DNA from: an uncultured Verrucomicrobiota bacterium
GTDB lineage: Bacteria; Verrucomicrobiota; Kiritimatiellia; CAIQIC01; Lenti-01
DNA length: 64,000 nucleotides
Assembly: GCA_938003985.1 (NCBI GenBank)
Contig: CALKWZ010000022.1
Location: 3,749 to 67,748, forward strand
Direction of reading: 5' to 3'
In this document: positions 28,423-36,880 of the stretch, in pieces
How the letters are laid out: each line of letters starts with the position of its first letter
How positions within the stretch are numbered: the stretch's first letter is position 1
Translations under genes and position numbers: made by a program
The notes under the pieces: model-generated
The model's database searches: none
What the model was told of the DNA's origin: nothing
Seen by the model: the letters and a program-made list of their open reading frames with translations, nothing else

Positions 28423-29565
28423 CTACACAACGACGAGGTTGTCCCGGTGAATCACTTCGCCGGGGGCTTCGGCGCCGAGGAGTTCGCGGATCTTTTCGGT
28501 TTTCAGGCCTTTGAGCAGGCGGGTTTCGGCGCTGGAATATTCCGAGAGGCCCTGGGCGATGCGCTGGCCGGCGAGATCGAGGACTTCGACGAGATCGCCG
28601 GGGGCGAAATCGCCGGCGACGTCGCGGACGCCGACGGGCAGGAGACTCTTGCCGCGCTTGAGCAGGGCGTCGCGGGCGCCGTCGTCGACGACGATGCGGC
28701 CGTGGGGATGGTGGAAGAAGGCGACCCAGCGCCGGCGGTGGTTGAGGCCGCCGTTGGCGTCCTCGGAGCCGGCGGCGGGGATGAGCGTGCCGACGTTCTC
28801 GCCGGCGACGATTTTCTGCAGGATGCCGTCTTTGCGGCCGTTGGCGATGACGACGACGGTGCCCATGCGGGCGGCTTCGGCGGCGGAGGTCAGCTTGCTG
28901 GCCATGCCGCCGGTGGAGAAGACGCTGCCTTTGCCCTTGGTGTGGGAGAGGGTATCGGCGGTGACGTCGGCCAGGAAGGGCACGCGGCGGCTGCGGCCCT
29001 TGGCGTCGGTGGCGTGGAAGCCGTCGACGGTGGTCAGCAGCACGAGCAGGTCGGCTTCGAGCAGCATCGCGGAGCGGGAACCGAGCGCGTCGTTGTCGCC
29101 GAACTTGATCTCGTCGACGGAGACGACGTCGTTTTCGTTGATGATGGGGACGACGCCGCTTTCGAGGAGCTTGAGGAGCGTGTTGCGGGCGTTGAGGTGG
29201 CGCCGGCGGTGCTCGAGGTCGTCGTGGGTCAGCAGGACCTGGCCGATGCGGCATTTCTTGCGGGCGAAGAGCTTGTCGTAGGCGGCCATGAGGCGCGACT
29301 GGCCGACGGCGGCGGCCATCTGGAGGCTGGGCAGATCCTCGGGCTTCTTCTTCATGCCCAGCGCCTGCAGGCCGCAGGCGATGGCGCCGGACGAGACGAC
29401 GACGACCTCGCGGCCCTCGCGGCGCAGGGCGGCGAGGCCATCGACCAGGGCGGCCATGCGGCGGGCGTCGGGACGGCCGTCGCGCTGCACGAGCACGCGG
29501 CTGCCGATCTTCACGACGACGCGCCGGGAAGCCGCCAGTTTTTTCCTTGCCGAAAGATGGGGCAT
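28423..29565 (-). CDS. proB: glutamate 5-kinase (with PUA domain)
   Basis: Amino-acid kinase fold (VVKIGSRVL, VVVVSSGAIACG, IINENDVVS) plus C-terminal PUA (GRIVVDDGARDALLKRGKSLLPVGV). Confidence 0.9.
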   Translation of the reverse strand: MPHLSARKKLAASRRVVVKIGSRVLVQRDGRPDARRMAALVDGLAALRREGREVVVVSSGAIACGLQALGMKKKPEDLPSLQMAAAVGQSRLMAAYDKLFARKKCRIGQVLLTHDDLEHRRRHLNARNTLLKLLESGVVPIINENDVVSVDEIKFGDNDALGSRSAMLLEADLLVLLTTVDGFHATDAKGRSRRVPFLADVTADTLSHTKGKGSVFSTGGMASKLTSAAEAARMGTVVVIANGRKDGILQKIVAGENVGTLIPAAGSEDANGGLNHRRRWVAFFHHPHGRIVVDDGARDALLKRGKSLLPVGVRDVAGDFAPGDLVEVLDLAGQRIAQGLSEYSSAETRLLKGLKTEKIRELLGAEAPGEVIHRDNLVVV

Positions 29566-29678
29566 GACGGGGGGCAGTCTGCCAAAAGGCCGCCGGAATG
29601 CAAAGCGCCGAAAACGCCCGCGCCGTCGGCGCGGTTCGGGATTTGACAGCGGCGGGGCGGGGAGGGAGAGTAGGCGGC

Positions 29679-30620
29679 GTGAATTCGGAAGTCCAATATC
29701 GCTATCTGTTCGGGCCGGTGCCGTCCCGGCGGCTGGGGCTGTCGCTGGGCGTGGACCTGAATCCGGCGAAGGTCTGCACGGAGAACTGCGTGTTCTGCCA
29801 GGTGGGGCGCACGACGGACCTGACGCTGGAACGCAAGGAGTGGGTGCCGACGGCGGACGTCCTCGCGGAGTTCGACCGCTGGGTTGCGGCGGGGAACCGG
29901 ACGGACGTCGTCACGCTGTCGGGCTCGGGCGAGCCGACGATGCATGCCCGGTTCGGCGACGTGCTGCGCCACGTGAAGGCGCGGGGCCGGTTCAAGACCG
30001 CGATCCTGAGCAACGGCACGCTGATGTTCCTGCCGGAGGTCCGGCGCGACGCTGCGGAAGCGGACGTGGTCAAGGTGACCCTGAGCGCCTGGGACGAAGA
30101 GTCGTTCCGGAAGATCCATCGCCCGGCGGAAGGCGCGACGTTCGCGCGGCTGCTGGAGGGCGAGCGGGCGCTGCGCGCCGAATTCCGCGGCCAGCTGTGG
30201 GTCGAGGTGATGCTGCTGCCGGGCTACAACGACGCGCCGGAGCAGGTGCGGGCGATCGCGGAATTGGCGAAATCGCTGCGGCCGGACGCGGTGCACCTGA
30301 ACACGACGACGCGGCCGGCGCTGGCGGGCGTGGAAGTGCCGCGGCTGCCGGAGGCCTGGCTGCGCACGGTGGCGCCGTGGTTTTCGCCGCCGGCGGAAAT
30401 CCCGGTCTTCGCCGGCCGGGCGAAAACGCCGGAAGCGACGTCGGACGCGGAATGGCTGGAGTTGCTGGCGCGGCATCCGATCGCGCTGGACGCGCTGGCG
30501 ACGGCGTGCGGCGCGGACGTGCCGGCGCTGGAGCGGCGGCTGGCGCCGCTGGTCGCGGCGGGCAAGCTGGCCGTGGAAGAACACCACGGCGTACGCATGG
30601 TGCGGGTGGCCGGGGCATGA
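29679..30620 (+). CDS. radical SAM protein (COG0731-like Fe-S oxidoreductase)
   Basis: CxxxCxxC (CTENCVFC) preceded by FGPVPSRRLGLSLGVDL. GTG 29679 with strong GGAGGGAGAG 8 nt upstream; the ORF-track ATG 29598 adds a low-complexity 27 aa and leaves only 32 bp to proB. Confidence 0.7.
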   Translation: MNSEVQYRYLFGPVPSRRLGLSLGVDLNPAKVCTENCVFCQVGRTTDLTLERKEWVPTADVLAEFDRWVAAGNRTDVVTLSGSGEPTMHARFGDVLRHVKARGRFKTAILSNGTLMFLPEVRRDAAEADVVKVTLSAWDEESFRKIHRPAEGATFARLLEGERALRAEFRGQLWVEVMLLPGYNDAPEQVRAIAELAKSLRPDAVHLNTTTRPALAGVEVPRLPEAWLRTVAPWFSPPAEIPVFAGRAKTPEATSDAEWLELLARHPIALDALATACGADVPALERRLAPLVAAGKLAVEEHHGVRMVRVAGA

Positions 30621-30895
30621 GCGGCGAATGGCGCCAAGTCCGCGTGCGCTACGAGGGGGAAGTCCAGGGCGTGGGTTTCCGCTACGTGGCGCGCAACCTC
30701 GCGAACGCGCTGGGGGTGAGCGGCGGCGTGGAAAACCTCAACGACGGCGCGGTGCAACTGGTGGCGGAAGGTCCCGAAGACGTGCTCCGGCGCCTGCTGT
30801 TGCAGATCCGCACCTCGCGCCTGGGGCCGAACATCGCCTCCGAAAAAACCGAATGGCGCGCGGCGCAGGGGCTGGGCGGGTTCTATTACCGCTAG
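30617..30895 (+). CDS. acyP: acylphosphatase
   Basis: VQGVGFRY acylphosphatase signature and the second motif GVENLNDGAVQLVAEG. ATG 30617 overlaps radical SAM stop (ATGA). Confidence 0.8.
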   Translation: MSGEWRQVRVRYEGEVQGVGFRYVARNLANALGVSGGVENLNDGAVQLVAEGPEDVLRRLLLQIRTSRLGPNIASEKTEWRAAQGLGGFYYR

Positions 30896-31677
30896 GGGAT
30901 CGTCCCGCGGAACGCATGTTCGGCGGGGCCGGTGAGGGTCAGGGGGGCGAGGCCGACTTCCAGTTCGTCGCCGCCGGCGGCGCGGACGCGCACGGGGCCG
31001 CGGACGAGGCCGAGTTTTTCCGCGACGAGGGCGGCGGCGAGGATGCCGGTGCCGCAGGCGAGGGTTTCGCCTTCGACGCCGCGCTCGTAGGTGCGGATGG
31101 CGAGGGAGTCCGGGCCGAGAATTTGGATGAAATCGGCGTTGGTACCGGCGGGGGCGAAGAGCGCATGGCGACGGATGAATGCGCCGAGGGTCGGGACGTC
31201 CACCGCGGCGAGGTCGTCCACGACGGCGACGGCATGGGGTACGCCGGTGTTGACGAACTGAAGGGGGAGAGGCCGGTTTTGCCATTCGACGGACAAGTTC
31301 AACCGCCAGTCCTTGGCCGGGGGGAGGTGCAGGCGGACGAGGGGCGGGGCCAGGATTTCGGCACGGACGAGACCGGCGCGGGTCTCGATGCGCATGTCGG
31401 CGGGGGCGGCGCCGATTTCGTGGGCCAGGCGGGCGATGCAGCGCGCGCCGTTGCCGCACAAATCGGCCTCCGAGCCGTCGGGATTGAAGAACCGCATGCG
31501 GAAATCGGCGGCGGCGGAGGGCTGGATCAACAGCAGGCCATCGGACCCGATGCCGCGCTTCCGGTCGCAAAGCCCTGCGCGGAAGGCGATATCGTCGACC
31601 GGAAAGCCGCCGCCGCGATCGTCCGCGAGGATGAAATCGTTGCCGGCGCCGTGCATTTTCCAGAAAGGAATGGCCAT
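30892..31677 (-). CDS. dapF: diaminopimelate epimerase
   Basis: MHGAGNDF, catalytic cysteines CGNGARC and CGTGILAA. Start ATG 31677 (AAGGTG 6 nt upstream); 31683 and 31734 are alternatives. 3' end overlaps acyP convergently by 4 bp. Confidence 0.85.
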   Translation of the reverse strand: MAIPFWKMHGAGNDFILADDRGGGFPVDDIAFRAGLCDRKRGIGSDGLLLIQPSAAADFRMRFFNPDGSEADLCGNGARCIARLAHEIGAAPADMRIETRAGLVRAEILAPPLVRLHLPPAKDWRLNLSVEWQNRPLPLQFVNTGVPHAVAVVDDLAAVDVPTLGAFIRRHALFAPAGTNADFIQILGPDSLAIRTYERGVEGETLACGTGILAAALVAEKLGLVRGPVRVRAAGGDELEVGLAPLTLTGPAEHAFRGTIP

Positions 31678-31788
31678 AGACATCACCTTGCCACTTGGCC
31701 GGCCGGAAGGCAAGGGCGGGGCTTGTTCTTGCATGGGGGGGCGGGATTTGGATAATGGGGGACGGTTGAATCAGAAACGAGTGCACCC

Positions 31789-33135
31789 ATGCGCATTGTG
31801 ATCATCGGCGGCGGCCAAACGGGCGCCCATTTGGCGGAAAAGTTCTGCGAGGACGAACACGACGTGGTCGTGATCGACTCCTCGGCGGAGGCTTTGGCGG
31901 ACGTGAATGCCCATCTGGACCTCATGACGGTCCACGGCAACGGCGCCGATCCGGCGACGCTGGAAGAGGCGGATCTGGAACGGGCGGATATGGTTGTGGC
32001 GGTGACGGACCGGGACGACACGAACATCCTGGCCTGCATTTTCGCCCGGGCCCGGGGGGTGGGGCGCACGGTGGCGCGGGTGTCGTCGTCGGCCTATCTG
32101 ACCAGCCGGCACATCGATTTCAAGCGGCTGGGGGTGGATCTGCTGGTCAACCAGTACGACGAGTACGCCCGGGACCTCTACAACGTGTTGCGGCTGCCGG
32201 GGTCCATCGAAGTGGCGGACCTGCTGGACGAGCGGGTCATGGTCGTGGGCATGTCGGTCCATATGGACAGTCCGTTGCTGGGCACCACGCTGAAGCGGTT
32301 CGCGGGCAAGGAGTGGCTGCGGAAAATCCGCTTCACGGCGGTGGTGCGCGGCGACGAAGTCATGACGCCGCACGGCGACACGACGTTCCTGGTGGGCGAC
32401 GACGTCTATTTCGCGGGCGAGCCGGATGCCATCGCCGATTTCATGCAATGGGCCTGGCCGGAGTACAAGCGGTTCCAGCGGGTCGTGATCGCGGGCGGCG
32501 GGGAGCTGGGCCTGCAGCTGGCGCGGATGCTGGAGCACACGCGCATGCAGATCGTGCTGATCGAGCAGGAGGAAGAGCGCGCGGACTTCTGTTCGGCGCA
32601 GCTCAACCGCACGCTGGTGATCAAGGGCGACGCGCTCGACCAGGAGACGCTGGCGGGCATCGGCGAGGCCGAGGACATGGCCTACGTCGCGGCGACGGGC
32701 AGCGACGAGCACAACATCATCGGCTGCCTGGTGGCGGAGAAGTACGGCGCGCGCTTCACGGCGGCGCAGGTGGGCAAGAAGGAATACATCGGCATCGTCA
32801 ACCAGCTGCGGCTGCTGGACCGGATCGTGGATCCGCGCCTGGCGATGGTCAATTCCATCCTCCATTTCGTGCGCGGCAAGAACGTGCAGGCCGCGGCGAT
32901 CCTGGCGCGCCTGCCGGGCGAACTGATCGAGATGAAGCTCTCGCCGAAGCACAAGTGGGCGGGCAAGGCGATCCAGGACCTGAAGATTCCCGAGGGCGTC
33001 ATCATCGTGGCGGCGCAACGGGCCGGCCAGGTGAAGACGGCCACGGGCGATCTGGAGCTGGCGGCCGGCGACCGCGTGGTGGTCTATTGCCTGCCCGAGG
33101 CGGTCGCCAAGATGGAGCCGTTGTTCGCCTCTTGA
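31789..33135 (+). CDS. trkA: Trk K+ uptake system NAD-binding subunit (two RCK_N + RCK_C repeats)
   Basis: MRIVIIGGGQTG and RVVIAGGGELG Rossmann motifs; two TrkA_N/TrkA_C repeats. Confidence 0.9.
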   Translation: MRIVIIGGGQTGAHLAEKFCEDEHDVVVIDSSAEALADVNAHLDLMTVHGNGADPATLEEADLERADMVVAVTDRDDTNILACIFARARGVGRTVARVSSSAYLTSRHIDFKRLGVDLLVNQYDEYARDLYNVLRLPGSIEVADLLDERVMVVGMSVHMDSPLLGTTLKRFAGKEWLRKIRFTAVVRGDEVMTPHGDTTFLVGDDVYFAGEPDAIADFMQWAWPEYKRFQRVVIAGGGELGLQLARMLEHTRMQIVLIEQEEERADFCSAQLNRTLVIKGDALDQETLAGIGEAEDMAYVAATGSDEHNIIGCLVAEKYGARFTAAQVGKKEYIGIVNQLRLLDRIVDPRLAMVNSILHFVRGKNVQAAAILARLPGELIEMKLSPKHKWAGKAIQDLKIPEGVIIVAAQRAGQVKTATGDLELAAGDRVVVYCLPEAVAKMEPLFAS

Positions 33136-33141
33136 GGCGGC

Positions 33142-33381
33142 CGCGATGAATTTCAAGCCCGTCTTCCACGTGATCGCCTGGCTGCTGGGGGTGGTGGCCC
33201 TGCTGATGGGCGGCTGCGGCCTGGTCTCCTTCCTGCACGGCGAGCCGGCCGCGGCCTGGACGGCGCTGGTCTATTCCGCGGCGGGCACGCTGGCGGCGGC
33301 GGCGGTCCTGTGGGTCCTGACGCGCAACGACCAGGAACTGTCGCGCCGGGACGGGCTGGGGGTGGTGGCGTTCGGCTGGCT
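33142..33381. repeat. 240-bp segment 99% identical to 34602-34841 (5' ends of tandem trkH paralogs)
   Basis: Offset 1460 bp; only two mismatches (33356 c/t, 33368 g/a); identity breaks at 33382. Confidence 0.85.
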
Positions 33382-34597
33382 GTGCGCGGGGGTGGCCGGG
33401 GCGGTGCCTTATCTGCTGTCCGGCACGATCGCTTCGCCGACGGCGGCGGTGTTCGAATCGGTATCCGGGCTGACGACCACGGGGGCTTCGGTCATTCCCG
33501 TGCTCGAAGGCGTGCCCAAGGGCATCCTGCTGTGGCGGGCGCTGACGCATCTCGTCGGCGGCGGCGGCATTCTGGTGCTGGTGGTGGCGATCCTGCCGAT
33601 CGCGGGGGCGGGCGGCATGCAGTTGTTCCGCGCCGAAGTGGCGGGCCCGTCCAAGGACCGCATCGAGCCGCGCGTGGCCGCGACCGCCAAGATGCTGTGG
33701 GGCGTCTACGTGCTGCTGAACGTCGCGCTGATTTTCCTGCTGCGGCTGGGCGGCATGGATTGGTTCGACGCCGCGTGCCATGCCTTCGCCACCATGGCGA
33801 CGGGCGGCTTTTCCACCCGGACGGCCAGCGTCGCGGCCTACGACAGCGTCTATATCGAGAGCGTGCTGATGGCGTTCATGTGTTTCGGCGCCTTGAATTT
33901 CGCCCTCCATTACCGCGCGTTGCGCGGGGAATTCGCGCCGTGGTGGCGGGATTCCAGCACCCGCTTCTTTCTGGGCGCCGTGGCCGGCGCCACGCTGTTC
34001 AGCGCGTGGATCCTCCACCGCTCCGCCGCGGATCTGGCGTGGGGCGCGGCATTGCGGCAGGCGGCGTTCACCTGCGTGAGCCTGGCCACGACCACCGGGT
34101 TCTGCACCGCGGATTACGACGTCTGGCCGCGGATTCTCCAGGTGCTTTTGCTGCTGCTGATGCTCATGGGCGGTTGCGTGGGCTCCACGGCCGGGGGCAT
34201 CAAGGTCGCCCGCGTCCAGATGGCGCTCAAGGCCGTCGCGCGCGAAATCCGCTTGTTCATGCAGCCGCAGGCGGTTTTGCCCGTCAAGCTGGACCAGAAG
34301 CGCCTGGACGACGACGTGCTGGTGCCCGTGCTGGCGTTCGTGGCGCTCTATCTGCTGGTGGCGGCGCTGGGCGCCGGCGCGATGCTGGCCTTCGCGCCGG
34401 ATCTGGCGACGGCGGTTTCGTCCGTGGTGGCCTGCATGGGCGGCGTCGGTCCGGGCCTGTCCGCGGTCGGCCCGACCTGCAATTACGCGGGGCTGCCGGC
34501 CGGCGGACAGGGCGTGCTGATCGCCTTGATGCTGGCGGGCCGGTTGGAATTCTTCACCTTGCTGGCCGTGTTCATGCCGGCGTTCTGGAGAAAGTGA
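33146..34597 (+). CDS. trkH: Trk-type K+ transporter membrane subunit, paralog 1
   Basis: TrkH family (TTTGASVIP, MATGGFSTRTAS, GGCVGSTAGGIK). ATG 33146, 10 nt after trkA stop. Confidence 0.9.
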   Translation: MNFKPVFHVIAWLLGVVALLMGGCGLVSFLHGEPAAAWTALVYSAAGTLAAAAVLWVLTRNDQELSRRDGLGVVAFGWLCAGVAGAVPYLLSGTIASPTAAVFESVSGLTTTGASVIPVLEGVPKGILLWRALTHLVGGGGILVLVVAILPIAGAGGMQLFRAEVAGPSKDRIEPRVAATAKMLWGVYVLLNVALIFLLRLGGMDWFDAACHAFATMATGGFSTRTASVAAYDSVYIESVLMAFMCFGALNFALHYRALRGEFAPWWRDSSTRFFLGAVAGATLFSAWILHRSAADLAWGAALRQAAFTCVSLATTTGFCTADYDVWPRILQVLLLLLMLMGGCVGSTAGGIKVARVQMALKAVAREIRLFMQPQAVLPVKLDQKRLDDDVLVPVLAFVALYLLVAALGAGAMLAFAPDLATAVSSVVACMGGVGPGLSAVGPTCNYAGLPAGGQGVLIALMLAGRLEFFTLLAVFMPAFWRK

Positions 34598-34601
34598 CCG
34601 G

Positions 34602-34841
34602 CGCGATGAATTTCAAGCCCGTCTTCCACGTGATCGCCTGGCTGCTGGGGGTGGTGGCCCTGCTGATGGGCGGCTGCGGCCTGGTCTCCTTCCTGCACGG
34701 CGAGCCGGCCGCGGCCTGGACGGCGCTGGTCTATTCCGCGGCGGGCACGCTGGCGGCGGCGGCGGTCCTGTGGGTCCTGACGCGCAACGACCAGGAACTG
34801 TCGCGCCGGGACGGGTTGGGGGTGGTGACGTTCGGCTGGCT
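34602..34841. repeat. second copy of the 240-bp trkH 5' segment
   Basis: See 33142-33381. Confidence 0.85.
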
Positions 34842-36063
34842 TCTGGCGGGCATCGCGGGCGCCGTTCCCTTCGTTCTGTCCGGCACGATCGCCTCGCCGG
34901 TCGCGGCGCTGTTCGAGACGGTGTCCGGCATGACCACGACGGGCGCGTCGGTCATTCCCGTGCTGGAAGGCGTGCCCAAGGGCATTCTGCTGTGGCGGGC
35001 GCTCACCCAGCTCATCGGCGGCATGGGCGTGCTGATCCTCGTGGTGGCGATCCTGCCGTTCGCGGGGGCCGGCGGCATGCAGCTCTACCGCGCCGAAATG
35101 CCCGGACCGACCAAGGACCGCATCGAGCCGCGCATGGCCTCGACCGCCAAGCTGCTCTGGGGCGTCTACGTCCTGCTCGTCGTCGTGCTCGTTCTGTTGC
35201 TGCGGCTGGGCGGCCTGACCTGGTTCGACGCCGTCTGCCATTCCTTCACCACCATGGCGACGGGCGGTTTCTCCACCCGGACGGCCAGCATCGCGGCGTT
35301 CGACAGCGCCTACGTCGAGGCCGTCCTGACGGTCTTCATGCTGCTGGCCGGCATCAATTTCTCCCTGCACTACCGGCTGTTGCGCGGCGAAGGCGCCGCC
35401 TGGTGGAAGGACGGCGAGCTGCGCTTCTATTTGGTTGTTTTCGCGCTCTTCGCCGGCGTGGGCACGGTGGTGCTCCACGGCGCCCGGGCCGCGGCGGGGC
35501 TCGACTGGGGCGGCGCCTTGCGCCAGGTGGCTTTCACCGGCGCCAGCCTCATGACCACGACGGGATTCGTCACGGACGACTACGACCGCTGGCCGGCCTT
35601 GCTCAAGCCGCTGCTGGTGCTGCTGATGCTGCTGGGCGGCTGCGCGGGGTCCACCGCCGGCGGCATCAAGGCCGGCCGCATCCAGGTCATGCTCAAGGCC
35701 GTCGGGCGCGAAATCCGCCTGTTCATGCAGCCGCAGGCGGTCATTCCGATCAAGGCCGGCCGCAAGCCGCTGGAAGACGACGTGCTGCTGTCGATCCTGG
35801 GCTTCGCGCTGCTCTATCTGTTCGTGCTGCTGCTGGGAACGCTGGCGCTGATTCCGTTCGTGCCGAATGGCTTGACGGCGTTCTCCGCGGTCTTGGCCTG
35901 CCTCAGCAACGTCGGTCCGGGCTTCGCGGGGGTGGGGCCGATCCAGAACTACGCCGCCATTCCCGACGCGGGCAATGCGATCCTCACGGCGCTGATGCTG
36001 GTGGGCCGCCTGGAACTCTACACGGTGCTGGCGATCTTCATGCCGGCGTTCTGGAGGAAGTGA
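34606..36063 (+). CDS. trkH: Trk-type K+ transporter membrane subunit, paralog 2
   Basis: First 75 aa identical to paralog 1 (nucleotide-identical); remainder about 70% identical. ATG 34606, 8 nt after paralog-1 stop. The 917-aa track ORF 33310..36063 is read-through of this frame. Confidence 0.9.
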   Translation: MNFKPVFHVIAWLLGVVALLMGGCGLVSFLHGEPAAAWTALVYSAAGTLAAAAVLWVLTRNDQELSRRDGLGVVTFGWLLAGIAGAVPFVLSGTIASPVAALFETVSGMTTTGASVIPVLEGVPKGILLWRALTQLIGGMGVLILVVAILPFAGAGGMQLYRAEMPGPTKDRIEPRMASTAKLLWGVYVLLVVVLVLLLRLGGLTWFDAVCHSFTTMATGGFSTRTASIAAFDSAYVEAVLTVFMLLAGINFSLHYRLLRGEGAAWWKDGELRFYLVVFALFAGVGTVVLHGARAAAGLDWGGALRQVAFTGASLMTTTGFVTDDYDRWPALLKPLLVLLMLLGGCAGSTAGGIKAGRIQVMLKAVGREIRLFMQPQAVIPIKAGRKPLEDDVLLSILGFALLYLFVLLLGTLALIPFVPNGLTAFSAVLACLSNVGPGFAGVGPIQNYAAIPDAGNAILTALMLVGRLELYTVLAIFMPAFWRK

Positions 36064-36797
36064 TGGCGCGCCCGCCGCTATTCCCTGCGCTGGGCGCCGA
36101 GTCGCCGCTGGCGGCCGTGCAGTTCCGCCAGACCTTGGCGCTGGGGCTCGTGCCGCTGGGATTGGCGCTGCTGCTGATGGCGGCGACGGCGCCGGACTGG
36201 CCGCCGGCGGGCCTGTGGCTCGGCGCGGGGGCGGTGCCGGCGGGCATGGCGACGCTCTGGATCCTGTGGCGGCGGGCCGGCCGCAATCGCCTGTTCGGCT
36301 ATTCCTCCGTCCATTTCCTCGTCCGCTACCTGTTCGTCGTCCTGTGCCCCGCGCTGCTGTGGTTCGCGTTCGGCGCCCGGGTGCTCGAACTGGCCGGCGC
36401 GCTGCCGCCGGTCCTGTTCGGCCTGCTCGTGGCGATCTATCCGGCCGGCCGCATCCTGCACGCGCGGGTCGGACCGGATCCGCAGGCGGCGCCCCACCTC
36501 GAAATGGCCTATATCCTCTGCCAGCAGCTCGAAATGGTGCTGCTGGTCTTTTCGCTGGCGGGCCTGCTGACGGGCGCCATCGTCGAGGCCAACCGGGACT
36601 ATCCGACCGATCCGTTCCCCTTGCTGGTGGCCATCTGGCTGCTGGCGCTGCTGGGCCTGCTGGCCGGCGCGGTCATGGGCTTCGCCCACTGGGCGCAGCT
36701 CTTCCGCCGCCGCTCGCCGCCGCAGCCGCTCGACGACCCGCCGCCGCCCCCGCCGGCCCCGGACCGGGTCGTCCGGTTCGATTCGGACCGGTTCTGA
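36063..36797 (+). CDS. hypothetical membrane protein, translationally coupled to trkH-2
   Basis: ATG 36063 overlaps trkH-2 stop (TGATG) with GGAGGAAG just upstream. About 6 TM helices, Pro-rich C-terminal tail PPQPLDDPPPPPPAPD. Confidence 0.55.
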   Translation: MARPPLFPALGAESPLAAVQFRQTLALGLVPLGLALLLMAATAPDWPPAGLWLGAGAVPAGMATLWILWRRAGRNRLFGYSSVHFLVRYLFVVLCPALLWFAFGARVLELAGALPPVLFGLLVAIYPAGRILHARVGPDPQAAPHLEMAYILCQQLEMVLLVFSLAGLLTGAIVEANRDYPTDPFPLLVAIWLLALLGLLAGAVMGFAHWAQLFRRRSPPQPLDDPPPPPPAPDRVVRFDSDRF

Positions 36798-36880
36798 CCG
36801 CGCCGGATTTGTTTGCGCGCGGCCCGGCGCTCGCGTAGAGTCGCGGCTCGTCGATTTTTTCAGGAAAAAGGAACGAAACC

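Noticed and set aside
33310-36063. 917-aa ORF spanning from inside trkH-1 through trkH-2
   Set aside because: Out-of-frame read-through of trkH-1. The real second gene starts at ATG 34606 with an N-terminus identical to trkH-1.
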